Both the position numbers and the translations under genes were made by a program. The notes beneath the pieces were generated by a model. That model had not been told where the DNA came from. It saw nothing but the letters and a program-made list of their open reading frames with translations, and ran no database searches. A stretch of 64,000 nt of DNA from Camelus ferus (lineage: Eukaryota), in contig NC_045697.1 of assembly GCF_009834535.1 (NCBI RefSeq), positions 115,136,001 through 115,200,000 on the forward strand. Reading direction: 5' to 3'. This document shows, in pieces, positions 26,871 through 40,938 of the stretch (the stretch's first letter is position 1; every line of letters begins with the position of its first letter).

Positions 26871-29229
26871 AAAAGTCAGAACATTAAAAAACATTTTTAT
26901 TGCATACGTGCTAACTCTGAAAGCAATCAGGGGCAAATGAACAAAAATATCTTGTACTAAACAGTAAATCCAAAAATCAGGTTTCGTGAGGCTGAAAATG
27001 AGCTTAATCTCATGAAAAAATATATTTTATTGTACAGATTCATTTTTACATTCTATTTGTGAATTAGGGAATTTTCCTATGGTTTTCACTAGAATAAAAT
27101 ATATCCTTAATATATATATTTTGTGTGCACTAGAATATATATATGACTCTAATTCTGAATTGGTTTTGAGTTTGATAGTGGGTGTTATTTATTTTTTTTT
27201 AAGTAAAAAAAAATTTTTTGATAGTGGGTTTCTTAAGCTATATATTCCAAGTGCTGTCCACAGTGAAGTAGCCATGCTCCCCAAAGCTCAGACAGGCATG
27301 CTCTTTGTGGGAAGGAAACTATTAGAACTTCTATGTATATATTTTTAATTTGCTTTCTTAGTATCTATTTTTATATATGTTTAAAATACATATACTAGGG
27401 TCATGAGCATACATATGACTTATAAATAATATATACTCACATGTGTGTGTGAGTATGTATATACATTACATCTTAATTTTTTTGCATCATAAAGAAGATC
27501 TGGGATCCACCATTAGTTCATAAGTGATGAACTAACCATGCCTGAAGTACCCGTAGACAAATATTAAACTGTTAATTATATATATGTGTACACACACACT
27601 CATTTCTCTTTCCATCATTGTTGTACAGAGGAGAAGCAGCATCAAAGCCGCCCCCCCCCCCAACCCAGTCCAGCCAGAACACTATTCTGCCACTTTAGGA
27701 AAGAAGAATTTCCTTACCTCCTACTGAAGGAGAGGCTGTGTGTCACAGAGCAAGACTGTTGGATTAAAAGACCCTTAGAAGAACTAGTCACCTGAAGAAG
27801 CCATCCCTTAAGTAAGCCCTCAGTCACACTCATCACCTTGGCTACCACTCCTGTAGGACTCAGAGGTCCCACACCAGCCATATTGAACAGGTTTCCTGCC
27901 TTTTCTCGAGTGACTCCCACCGTGAACTTCATGAGCCTCATAACCCCCCTTCACAGCATAAGAAAATCATGAACCACAGATGCCTGTTCACACACCTTGC
28001 ACAGTATTAGAAACCCAAGCTTCCAAGTCTATTTTGTGTTGTACATATCTATTAATCTACACAATTCCTTATATTTACACAACCTCGAAAGTCATCCTAT
28101 GATGTATTTCACCAACAAGATCTATAATCAGCAAATTTCCTCATGTTTTCAAACATTACTTTTGTCACCCACCTCTTTAGAACACTCAGTTGTATCCTGA
28201 TGCCACTGCTATCTCTAAAGCCCTCTCTGATGGGCATGTTTTTGTTTAATCACTCCTTAAGTTAGGACTCAGAGATAGGGGAAAACAAAACACTACTCTC
28301 TGAACATGTTTCCTATCATTCTGATTCAGTTTCTTTCCTACCAACATTTTGACCTGAGTGAAAACTCCCAACTGTTTTTTTTTTTTTTCTGTGAACTGTT
28401 CTTTCTCCAACCCATGTCTTCACCTCATTTCCTACTCAAATTCAATGCCCCATAATTATAACAACACCCTTGCAAGACTTTTAATGCCCTTTCCTCTTCT
28501 CCATCTGTTTTACCTGGCACCTAATTAAACTCAATTTTCTGTCTTCTCCACGACTGCATGCAGAACTGACTGACCCCATCTTAAACTTCAGGCTGCACAT
28601 TTAAAATAATCACTGTGTACGACTCAAAAATCTGACTATATTTTTACATTTTCTTTCATCCTCTCCTACCCCAAATCACTATTGCTCATTTTCTGTATCC
28701 CTTTTAATTTTCTTTTCCCTTAATCTTTTTTCATTCTCAGCTAATTACCTTGACTTGTGCTTCATTGAGAAACAGAAAGAGTCTAAGTGGACTAATTTCC
28801 TCTTCTCAGGAGCAAATGCACATGCATTCCCTACCTGCCATCTGGCTCCATGGATGGAATATCTCTGCACTTACTAACCAAGTGAAGTCCCTTCACTTGT
28901 ACTTTGAAGTCTCTCCCCTCTCTTTTTTTCAAAATGTTATTCCTACTCTCTCTTACACTATCAGTTTCTCAGTTTAAGCTGGATCATCAACATGGGCTGT
29001 ATGTGGGTGACCCCTAATTTATATCTGATGTCTTTCTTAGCATGCTCCTGTATATTCCTTGCAGTGCTCTCCCATGTAATACGTCAAAAATGTCTTCATT
29101 CTTGCTTTTGACACTCCCATCTCATTCTCTTGGACTCTTTCCTCACTAAGTAAAGGTCATAACTTCTAATCAGTTGCTCAAGTCAAAAGCTGAGAAAGTA
29201 TCTTTGAATACCACTTCCCCCCACCCCAG

Positions 29230-29792
29230 AGTTACCCCAGAAAAGGAAAAAGCCTCAGTTTTTGTCTTACCCAAAAGAGAAGATTCAGATGAGAGACGAA
29301 AGCACTGTGTAAACAAAAAGTTTATTAGCAAAGTGAAAGTACACCTGTGAGGGCTGAAGTCAGGCTGGTCCAGGAGAGGAAAATCCATGATTCCCCCACT
29401 CCTGTTCCTTTTGTGAGGTTTCCTAGGGGCTGTCTTAAGCGATTTTGATAGTTGACATCATCTGAGTGACATGTGTAGGTTACACAAACTTTCCCTTATT
29501 GTGCATGTCCTTCATATCAGTGCATACAGAAAAGCCCACGGGGTGTGTGTGGCTAAACCACAATGCTAATTACATTACAATGAGCACTGGGTCATGTCAA
29601 GTCGGATCCTTCTCTCTACTGCACAGTCACAGCATCCGGTTATAACCAGTTTCTTTTTTGGCGCTCATTTAGAGAAAGTAAAATTCTTTGAAGCCCTTTA
29701 TTCTGAGGGCAGGCATACTATTATCTTCCAGATTATTCCCTCCTCTTTCCACTCCCCTTGCCCAGTGCCCCTACCTCTCTAAGTGCCTAACA
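29230..29792 (-). mobile_element. solo ERV1-type LTR
   Basis: 4-bp TSD ccag at 29226-29229 and 29793-29796; ends ...cctaaca; the left terminus agttacc is a mutated tgttacc; AATAAA on the minus strand at ~29321. Confidence 0.85.
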
Positions 29793-30418
29793 CCAGCACA
29801 CTAGTAACTGTTGGTCTTCTGTGTCTTTGACATCTGTCTCAGTGTCTAAAGTCTCCACTTTTGCAGCAGCTCCACTGTCATTGTGCTAACCACCACGATG
29901 TCTTCTTGGATTAGTCAGTTAGCCTCCTATGTGTTCTTTCTACCCTCACATTTCGCCCCTACAAACTATTCTCCACACAGTTGCATACAACTCTTAAAAG
30001 TATCTTCCGTTGGCATTTGAGATAATGTCTAAACTTTCTTCCAGCTAAAACAGCTCTACACTATCTGCCCCCTTCACAAGGTCTGACAGATGATCTATAA
30101 TTCTCTTTCTCTTGCTTCGATGGCCCAGTCACACTACCTTTCTTTTGGTTCCTTGAATGCATGGAACACATTCTTAATGTAGAGCCTTGGCTTAGAATAT
30201 CCTTCTATCTGGTCTTCCCATGATTAGTTCTGATTTGGTGTATGTGTGTCACTCTCTCAGGTGAGCATTCTTTTAACTAATCAGCCTAATGGAGCCACGT
30301 TGTCATTGTACCATGTCACCCTGATTTACTTTCTATTTAGCACTTGAACATCTGGTCTAATTTCCTGTGTAAGTATTTATGCAATTCCTGAATTATAAGT
30401 TGTCTCCTTCAATGGTAT

Positions 30419-30922
30419 TGTGAATGAAAAAATATTGCAGCCATATCAGTAAACAGGATTCTGGGGCCATCCAGTCATCAGCCATCACTGCCACTTCCAA
30501 CAGTGAGCAGAGGGAACTCAGGATGTGGACAAGCAGGCAGTCCAACCTCTGCTTCCACCCCTAGTTGTGCCCCCTGAGGGGACTCAGGATGGGAAAAACA
30601 GGACACTGGCCCTAGACAGCTAGGTGCATATCAAAGGAATGATTTCAATGAGCCCAGACTTTTGCATCTTCCCATTCCTAGAAAAGTGCTAAATTCATTA
30701 ACTTGGAATATCTGGTTTTGTTTAATTAACAGTAATCTTTTGATGTTCTGACTATCTTATCTTTGGGGCAAGACTCATATATATCCTGGCTCTTCCCCTT
30801 CCTCTTTGGAGCAGTCCCTCAGAGCAATCTGGGAGGCCACCTCCCAGGCTGGAGTCCTCAGAAAGTCCTCTAAATAAAACATCACTCTCAACCTTAGGTT
30901 GTGCATATTTTTTCAGTCAACA
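30419..30922 (+). mobile_element. solo ERV1-type LTR
   Basis: TG...CA; TSD gtat/gcat (1 mismatch); TATA-like tatatat at ~30778; AATAAA at ~30873; ends tttcagtcaaca. Confidence 0.85.
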
Positions 30923-32490
30923 GCATGTAAATTCTCTGTTCAATGCTACTGTCCCAGGTCCTAGCATGAGGCTGGACAGGTTGTGGGGTCTTAGTCAAGA
31001 TCTATTGAAAGAATAATTCGTGCACTATTCATTGATGTTAATGTTATCAAGAAGAGATCAGTGACTCTCAGGTTAACGAAGATCTGCTTGTTTCTGACTT
31101 ATGATAATAGGTTGAGGAACTTGGGTGTAAATTTTGTTTTTGTTTTTAATAAAAGGTTAATGGAGGAAAAAGCAGGCCATGTTCCTGTCCACGTCACTCC
31201 CCAATGATCGAAATCTTAGAATATCATCTTTGTACCACATATGGGTGTGAAACCATCCATGAATTGAAGATTTATGCAATTTGCTTAAGAAGGGAGACAA
31301 CTGAAGGGGCAAATAAAGGTGTTTCATTAGGTGGGTCAGGAAAGCTGGTAGTTCTTCGCTGATCAATGCCTTATGAGTCCAGTTAGGGGAAATTTTTCAG
31401 AAGCTAATGATATATATGGACAATTAAATCATCACCATGGAGCTGTATGATTAGCATACAGTCATTAGCTCACAAGTCATATACTTCAGAGGGAGAAAAG
31501 ATTTATAGCATGAACAAAATTTCAGGTCTTCTATGTAATTTTTCTCTCGCAGTATAGGGTCTCCACTGTATTCCTCTGATGTGCACCTAGACACATCAAA
31601 GGAATGATTTCAATGAACCCAGACCCAATGAACACATATTACCGAATGTCTACTCCAGGCATGGGGGCGGAGAAACCAGGAATCATTCAAACCACCAAGT
31701 TAATGACTGAGAAAAGGCAGCAACTTCTCCACCTGTTTATCAGCTCTCAGTATCTCTTACACGAGTGGTTTCAACAACTGAAGGAAGTTTCGAAGATGCA
31801 AGTGATGAAAAATAAAAACTCTTCAACAGGATCTAAAGAAAACCAATGGGAAATTAAGCCCACTCTTCTCCTTCCTGGAAGACAGTGTCACAGTTTTCTC
31901 TTTTATGGAAGTTGAAAATCAGTAATACCTTTAATATGCTCAGCAACAGCTCGTATGAATTCATTATGCAGCACTGGGCATCTGTAGATATTCATTTCTC
32001 TTTCCCTTGCCTTATCTCTTCCACATGCTGTTTTTTCTGAGTATGTAATCTATGCCTTTAGTTGCTATTCTTTTTGTCAACTGTTTCATTTTATGCATGC
32101 TGACGTCGGCAGTAGAGAACTTCTGAAACTGGCAAAGCAGCCTTGTAAATGGATGCTCAAGCAAAAATTGTCAGTTTACCCCATGGAGATGTAAATGAAA
32201 AAGGACTGAGAAAGATCATTTTCTCAATATAAATCTAGATGTGATTTTTTTTTTCCTGGGCTAACTTAGACTCTGGCTGATTTAAAAGAAAATACTTTGA
32301 TCTCTCTACTTATTTTCTGTTTTATAAGGGATGATATATTTCCTAAATCCAATCCACCTCACATGAGCAGGGTAAGCCTAGATTCTTTGCAGTGAAGTGA
32401 TTTTAGCTTCACATTTTGTCTAGCTGTGGTAATATATGCTTTTTTGCTTGATTTTAATTAGTTAATAATAATAATATAAACCTACTAGCT

Positions 32491-32722
32491 GTTTTTTATT
32501 GAAGTATTTTTGATTTATAATGTTGTGTTAGTTTCTGGTGCACAGCATAGTAATTTCAGTTATAGATTTATATATATATAACATATATATTCCTACTCAT
32601 AGGTTACTATAAGATATTGAATATATTTCCCTGTACTATACAGGAGGACCTTGTTGTTTATCTATTTTGTTTATAGTAGTTTGTATCTGCTAATCCCAAA
32701 CTCCTAATTTATCCCTCCCCCA
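32491..32722 (-). mobile_element. L1 3' terminal fragment
   Basis: ttttttattgaagta...tgttgtgttagtttctggtg...gaatatatttccctgtactataca...ctaatcccaaactcctaatttatccctcccc. Confidence 0.9.
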
Positions 32723-32822
32723 CTAGCTCTTTTAATTGTAAAAAGATTTCCTTAAGATTTTATAAATAGTTCTTCATACTTGTTAAATCAGATGCAGGCT
32801 TTAAAACATATAGTAGCCGAAT

Positions 32823-32836
32823 TATATATATATATA

Positions 32837-32883
<47 letters not shown>

Positions 32884-32890
32884 TATATAA
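32823..32890. repeat. (TA)n(CA)n compound microsatellite
   Basis: direct inspection. Confidence 0.95.
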
Positions 32891-35800
32891 ATATTTTAAG
32901 CCAGTAGCTTAAAAACATTATACCAAGGTCATGAAGTAATCATTGGTATTATCAGAACACAATCATTTCTCTTTAAAAATTTTTTTCTTAAAACACTTTT
33001 AAACTTAATTCTAATAAAATAATTGGCATTACATAAAGTATTAGAATTACATGAGTCATACCAAGAATTATAAAAAGATTACTCATTTGGACCTTTGGTC
33101 TAGAATAGACTAGAACAGCTGTTAGCCTGTGGTGCACTCTGTAGTCTTTCTCAGCCTCAGATTTCTCATGTAAAGAAGAAAGGTTCAGAAGCCAGTTGTA
33201 GTAAGAGGCAGCAAGTCCTGCTGCCTTGAGTCAGGAAACAGGTGTGTGGTGCAACCAGAAATAGAGCATGTACCCTAGAATGGATGGGTAAGAATGGATA
33301 CTTATAAGCATCATCAGACTGGTCACGGAACTGGAACAGTAAGACGTTATAAACCCGAGATGTTAAGGCTGAGTTGCATAGGCTGGCATGGGCGTGGCTT
33401 GGGGGCGTGGCATCCCCAAACTGGGCTCAAATGGAAAAGAAAACAGCAGGTGGTGACACTTGTGGGCTCGTCTGTCCCAGCAGGCATCTGTCGAGACCAT
33501 GGCATTTCACAAGGGTGCCCGCGAGACAGAGGAAGACTTCCCTTCCAACTTCAGGGACATTTGATCCTCTCTGCTTCTTTTCATTGCTTCCTCACTGAGG
33601 CAAAAAGTAAAAGTAATTTCAACCAAGCTCTAAATATATCTTTTTATGTTAGACTTTATTTAACAAATGACTCTAAATTTCTCTCAAGTATCAGATGTTC
33701 ACAGAAACCATGTCTTTGACAATTTTCAAATGTGGTATTTTCACTTTTATTTGTTTTCAATTTTAATTTTCCATAACTGGGGAGAGAAAGAGACAGAGAA
33801 AGACAATGGCTGAATATCTGACTATTTTGGAGATAATTTTCATGCCTAACATGAAAATCCATTCCTTTTTTTTTTTTTTTTACAAGCTGTGGAAACACAA
33901 TTCAAATTCTACTCTCTTCAGAAAACTTCTTTGATTATCCCAGTTTTCATTTAGTACTGTCTTTTAAAAAAATGATAAGCTTTAATAATACTGATTTATG
34001 GGGGGATATATGAAGTAAAAATTCTAGGGATACATTTGGAGGATATTAGATCTATTAACATGCTGGTCACTGTTTTTTTCTAACACCTAAAACCAGAATG
34101 GAGACATACAAAATACACTGATTGGATTCGTGGATAATGCAAATTTGGGAATATTAAAAATTTGAATAGGCAAAAAAATGCATCAAAACCCACACACATA
34201 AATGTAACAGGAAAAGTAAAATGCTCAAAAGAAGTTAAAATAGTTACAAATCTCAGGACCAGGAGTTCTACCCAGAACTGCGTGCTTCACAGTTTACTGA
34301 TACTACAGCTTCCGATAAAAAGGGTGGGGGTGCGAGGCCAGATGTATGGTTTAAGTTGAATGTCTGGCCAACAATGTAATATACAGTATGCCCATAAAAC
34401 AGAAGGAGTCAAATTTAGGCTTGATTTCTCGTAATACGCAGGTTCTTAATAGACTGGTAGATGTGTTGGTAGATATACATAGTGTGTGTATGAAATACAT
34501 CATGTCATGTTAAATATATATGTATATTTCTTTATCTGTTAATAATTCTGATTTCTGGTCATTTTATTGTTAGTAATTTTGTATCATTTTTCCCATGTTC
34601 AATTGTTTTGTTCCTGTGGCACGTCACCCACTTCCCAACATAGGGCTCCTGTATATGTTATTTCTCTTAGTGTGGAGCCCCTTCCCTTACCAGCACTCCA
34701 GGGAAGCCTTTCTAAGTCCGATCAAAGCCCCTTTCTTCATCCCACTGGGGTCACCATGTGCTCCTGTCCACACCTACTGCCAATTGTAAGTTTACACTAA
34801 TTCCACCATTAATTGGTTAAAGTATTCCTCTGCCTTCAGATTTTAGATTCAAGAATCTTATCTATTTTTTGCTCATTTTTCTACTTTTAGTGTTTAACTC
34901 ATGTCTTTTCATATATGTCTTTTCACATATTTATTAAATGTGTGAACTAACACATAAATAAAAATAAATAACAGTGGTATTTTACAGATTGTTCTCTTTT
35001 TGCTGTAAAAATATGTATTTATTTTAATGTTTGGTATTGGTTTGAAAGTAGAGATGTATATGTCAACTTTGTTTCTTCATTATGGAAACTATTTCTTGTT
35101 TCATAAAAGTCATTTGATAATGTATCTCTTTGAACAAACCAAGGACATGGCTTTTACAGTTTTTGTTTATTACAAAGATAATAAATTAGAGACAATCTTC
35201 TTATGATTTTTCAGGCAATTTTGCTTTTTCCTTATGGTACATTATCATTTTATTCATTTTATTAGCCCCGTGGTGTATATTTTTTATTTGCTCGCTCTTA
35301 TGTTTATCTATTCTTGAATGTAAAGATACATATTCAACTTAAATATATTATGGATTTGGATAACTATTAAACTGAAAGAATTTGTAGAAAATATATATCT
35401 TCAATAGATAATTTTAGCTGTTTCTGTGGATGATTACTGTTTTAATAAAAATAAGATTTAATATAAGCCCTTTTTTATGTTGCATTTTTATGGATGATTA
35501 TTTTGAGAAATTTTGCTTTTTCATAGTAACGTCACTCAATTTTTGAACTCCCTAGTATGCACAGAAAATCAAAAAGTAGGCTAGAAGCACTGATGATTTT
35601 TAGTGATCTTTAAGCTGACATTTTGAATGCGTTCTCCTTCAAGCTTTGAGAGTAAAGATTGTAAACCACAGGACTTTCAAAGAATGTTTTTCCTCAGTAT
35701 TAAAGCCACTTTTGTGGTTTCTGAGAAATGTCACCAAAAGCTTTATCAAGAATTAGAAAATAACAATCTATTCTCTTTCACTTAGAGGAATCCAGAAAAG

Positions 35801-36204
35801 CTTGAGAAACTAATTATTTTTATTTGAATGTACTTCTGCCAGTAAAATTATTTTTGATAAAATACTTTTATCATTATTTGTGCTTAGACCTGAGGATTTA
35901 TCTCACTTCATTTGCAGAAACTATCCATCACATAACCTAAGAGAAAAGGCAGTCTGCATTTTCAAATCAACCAACCAGTAGGATTTACTTTCTATTAAAA
36001 TGCAAACCTTAATAAAGTTATCTGCAGAAATGAACACACTGAAATATTTTTAAGCATATAATATAACCATTCATGCTATTTAAGGGGTAAGAAAACTATA
36101 TTAAATGCATTATACATAATGGACTAATAAAAATATCTAAGTCAAGTTAAATAATATAATAAACCAAAAAAAGTCAAGTTAGAAAAATATCTAAGTCAAG
36201 TCAA

Positions 36205-36347
36205 TAATAATCTATAATGGAAAAGAATCTGAAAAAGAAAATATATATGTATACATATATGTATGTATGTGTGTATAGATATAAAACCGAATCACTTTGC
36301 TGTACACCTGAAACTTAACACTACATTGTAAATCAGCTATACTTAAA
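36205..36347 (+). mobile_element. L1 3' terminal fragment
   Basis: ctataatggaaaagaatctgaaaaagaa...gaatcactttgctgtacacctgaaact...cattgtaaatcagctatactt. Confidence 0.9.
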
Positions 36348-37621
36348 TTAGTTTTTTTTTTAATCAGATTAAATTGGCGTAGAGCAACCTGGCTTAATTT
36401 GTGATGCTTAGCACACACTTCTTTCTCTGCTGACTTTCCTTAAGGACCAAGATCAGAGGTCCCATTCTTCTTCCATCAGTTGTGATTCCATGCCGTTTGG
36501 GTACTTTGGGATCTGGATGGCCTCAAAGGTTATATTCCTTATCGTGTTTCAATATTGCTGTCATTTCTAATTCTGCTCAGTGTCAATATTTTCCTCTCAG
36601 TGTCCAAGGAACTTGGGACTGTTCACATTTCCCCTCGAACATTCTGCATTCTCCTGGATCATGCATTTTTTTGTTTGGTATCCTGTGAATGTAAAAAAAT
36701 CAGAAATTTGATGGCAGTGGGATGATAGTGAAGTACAGATTCGATCAAGCAAGTTCAGCAAATAAGAACTGGACAGTGGTTTCCAATTTGTTTAGATTAT
36801 TTTCTGCTTATTGCAGTCACTGTGTTCCTCAGTGAAAGGTATATAACAGGATGAGTTTGAAAAAGTCCCTACTTTTTAAGGTTATCAGTCCACTTGGAGT
36901 TTAGGGTAAAGTACATGTTTAGTACAAACTTGTGCTTTGTAATCCATCTGCATGATTTGCACATTTAGTGGAAAATGCCCCTTAATGTTTTCTATTAATT
37001 AAGATTAGAGGACTGACATCAAATTTTATATCTCTGTGTTTATCTACAGAGGTATTTTTTGAAAGATTGGGATAAACTATATTAGACATTGCTTGTCAGT
37101 ATATGGTGTGTTGGAAATTACTTCTGCTACTAAGAGGACCAAAATTACTTTCGCTTTTGAAACTATAGAATTGTGGATGTGCTTTGTTCTTTTATAAGTT
37201 ATTTCTTCTTTTAGTGAAGCTTTCACGTATGTCACTTCATCTTTATTCAGACTTCAACCCATACTAGTCCTGGCTATAATCTTCTGCAGATGGATTTATT
37301 ACTGGGACATATTGTTTAACACCTACTTTATTTCACTATAAGACATGTACTTCTAAACACTAGTTTCATTTCACAACTTCCTTTTCTGATATATATGGAG
37401 TAAAATGTATAGAAAAACTAATGCTTTCATCTTTCTCTTAATATCTTCTAAATTATTCACTATCTTCCATTATCTGTATCTTATACCCACTTCAAATTTT
37501 GAAAGAATGGTCAACTTGACTATTGTCCTTTTTACATTTAATACCTGATATTCGTTCTTATTTTCATGTCTGCATAATTTTTAATCAATGTTCAAATGTC
37601 TTAGGATAGCTGATGCTAATC

Positions 37622-40600
37622 TTTTTTTTAAATTAAGGTAGAAGTAGAATACAGTATGGCATTTCTTTCAGGTACATAACAAATGAATATTTGTAATACT
37701 GCCCAATGATCACCATAATGTGTCTAGTTAACATCTGTCACCATGCATACTTACAGAATTTTTTTCTTCTGATTAGAACTTAAAAGATTTACTCTTTGCA
37801 ATTTTCACATTTTCAATACAATACTATTAACCATAGACACCAGTTTGAACATTTTGAGTCCCTTCACTCATTTGCCTATCTCCACCCCTACTTTTGACAA
37901 CCACCAATCCGTTCTCCATATTTATGAGCTTAGTTTTTTCTTTTTCTTTTTTTTCAGATTTCACATATAAGTGATAACATACCATTTGTGTCTTTCTATC
38001 ACTTATTTCACATAGCATAACATCATCAAGGTCCATCCACATTGTTGCAAACGGCAACATTTCATTTTTTTATGGCTGAATAATACCCCAATGTAATATA
38101 TACATCACATTGTCTTTATCCACTCATCTGCCAATGGATTTTTGGGTTGCTTCCATATCTTAGCTGTTGTAAATGATGCTGCAGTGAACAGAGGTATGCA
38201 CGTATCTTTTTGAATTAAGGTTTTCATGTTCTTTGGAAAAGTACCCAGAAGTGAAAATGCTAGATCATATGGTAATTCTGTTTTTAATTTTCTGAGAAAC
38301 CTCTCTATTGTCTTTCACAGTGGCTGCACCAATTTACCTTCTCACCAACAGTGCACAAGGGTTCCTTTTTATCCACATCCTTGCCATAAAGGAATTTTAT
38401 GGTTTCAAGTCTTTAATATCATTTGAGTTAGTTTTCATGTATGGTACAAGATAACGGCCTAGTTTCATTCTTTTGCATCTGGCTGCCCAGCTTTCCCAAT
38501 ACCATTTATTGAAGAGGCCATTCTTCCTCCATTGTATATTCTTGACTCCTCTGTCCTCAATTAATTGTACATATATTTAGTGGCTCAGTTCTGGACTCTA
38601 TTCTGTTCCATCAGTCTAGAACTCTGTTTTTAAGTCAGCAATGTGCCATTTCGATTACTAAAGCTTTGTAGTGTCATTTAACATCAGGCAGTATGATGCC
38701 TCCAGCTTTGTTCTTCTCTCTCAAAATTACTTTGAATATTCAGGGTCTTTTGTGGTTCCCTACACAATTTAAAATTATTTGTTCTATTCATGTGAAAAAT
38801 GCCATTGGAATTTTGATAGAGATTGCATTGAATTTGTAGTTTGCTTTGAGTAGTGTGGACATTTTAACAATATTAATTGTTCTAATCCATGGGTATGGAA
38901 TATCTTTCCATTTATTCCTATCTTCATTTTTTTAATCAGTGTCTTACACTTTTTAGTGTACAGGTTTTTCATCTCCTTTTTTTTAATTTATTAGGTATTT
39001 TATTCTTTTGATAGAATTGTAAACAAATTACTTTCTTAATTTCTCTTTCTGATAGTTTGTTATTAGTATATAGAAATGCACAATTTCTGTATATTAATTC
39101 TGTATCCTACAAATTTACATTTTATTTATTTGTTCTAAAGTTTTTTTGTGATGTCTTTAGGATTTTTCTCTACATAAAAAAAGCCTCTCGATATAGCATC
39201 ATGTTATCTGCAAACAGTGACAATTTTACTTATTCCCTTACAGTCTGGATACCTTTATTTCTTTTTCTTGCTGAATTACTCTGGCTAAGATTTCCCATAT
39301 GTTGAAAAAAAGTGGCCAAAGTGAGCATCCTTGTCTTGATCCTGATCCTAAAGGAAAAGCTTTCCGCTTTTCACCATTGAGTATGATATTAGCTATGGAC
39401 TTATCATATATGACCTTTATTATTTTGAGGTATGTTCCCTTTATATCCACTTTGTCGAGAGGTTTTTTTTTTTTATCATAAATTGATGTTGAATTTTGTC
39501 AAATGCTTTCTGTACATCTATTGAGATGATCATATAATTTTCATTCTTGCTTTCTTTGGTTAATGTGGTGAATCTTGATTGGTTTGCAGATGTTGAGCCA
39601 TCCTTGCATCCCTGGTCAAATCCCACTTGATCATGTGTATAATCTTTTTAATGTACTTTTGAATTCAGTTTGTTCATATTTTGCTGATGATTTTGCATCT
39701 GTGTTTATCAGGGATATTGATCTGCAATTTTCTTTTCTTGTGATGCCTTTGTCTAGTTTTGGTATCAGGGTAAAGCTGGCCTCCTAAAATAAATTGATGT
39801 GCTCACCCCTCTTCTAACTTTTGAAAGATTTTGAGAAGGATTGCTATTAGTTCTTTGAATGTTTGGTATAATTTATCAGTGAAGCTGTCTGATTCTGGAC
39901 TTTTGTTTGTAGGGATTTTTTTAAATTAGTGATTCAATCTCTTCCCTGCTAATTATTCTGTTCAGATTTTCTATTTCTTCATGATTTAGTTATGAAAAGT
40001 TTTATGTTTCTAGAGATTTATCAATTTCTTCTAGGTTGTCCAACTTGTTAGCATATAATTGTCTGTAGAAGTCTTTTATGATCCTTTGTATTTCTGTGGT
40101 ATCAGGTGTAATGTCTCCTCTTTCATTTCAGATTTTATTTATTTGATTCCTCTTTTTTCTTGGAGAGTCTAACTAAAGTTTTGTCAATTTCTTTTAATTT
40201 TTTTAAAGAACCAACTTTTAGTTTCCCTAATCTTTTCTGTTGCTTTTTTAGTCTCTATTTTATTTATTTGTGCTGTGATATTTGTTATTTCCTTTTGTCT
40301 ACTAACTTTGGACTTTGTTCTTCATTTTCCAGTTTCTTGTGGTGTAAAGTTAGGTTGTTTATTTGAGATTTTTTCTTATTTCCTGAGGCAAGCTTGTGTC
40401 ACTATAACCATCCCTCTCAGAATTGCTTTTGCTGCATCCCATAAGTTTTGGTGTGTCATATTTCTATTTCCATTAGTTTCAAGGTATGTGTTGATTTTGC
40501 TTTTGATTTCTTTGTTGATCAATTGTTTGTTTAGTAGTATATAATTTAATCTTTAAGTTTTTGTGAATTTTCCAACTTTTTTTATTTTTTGTAATTGTTT

Positions 40601-40938
40601 TCTAGTTTCATACCATTGTGGTTAGAAAAGATACTTGATATTTCAGTATTCTTAAATTTGTTAATACATTTTTTGTGGCCTAACATATGACCTATCCTGG
40701 AGAATAAGCATGAGAAGAATGTGTAGTCTGTTCCTTTTGGATGGAGTGTGCTGTATATAGCTGTTAAATCCAGCTGATCTAACTTGTCAGTTAAAGCCAA
40801 TGTCTCCTTATTGATTTTCTGTCTGGATGATCTATCCATTGATATAAGTGGGGTATTAAAGTCCCCTACTATTGTTGTATTACAGTCTATTGCTCCCTTT
40901 AGAGCTGTTAATGCTTGCTTCATATATTTAGGTGCTTT
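37622..40938 (-). mobile_element. 5'-truncated, decayed LINE-1 (ORF2 endonuclease/RT pseudogene plus 3' UTR)
   Basis: minus-strand ORF pieces match L1 ORF2p: APKYMKQALT..IVGDFNTPL.SMDRSSRQKINKE (endonuclease), [33 protein letters not shown] and [19 protein letters not shown] (RT), LPFATMWMDL (C-terminus); polyT at ~37622; many stops. Confidence 0.97.

Larger units (their letters stand above)
27800..31020 (+). mobile_element. long degenerate L2 LINE, interrupted by LTRs at 29230-29792 and 30419-30922
   Basis: pyrimidine-rich L2-like blocks (cagttgctcaagtcaaaagctg, ctccacacagttgc, ccagtcacactacctt...ttccttgaa, cccaggtcctagcatgaggctgg...tattgaaagaat); the left boundary is approximate. Confidence 0.65.
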
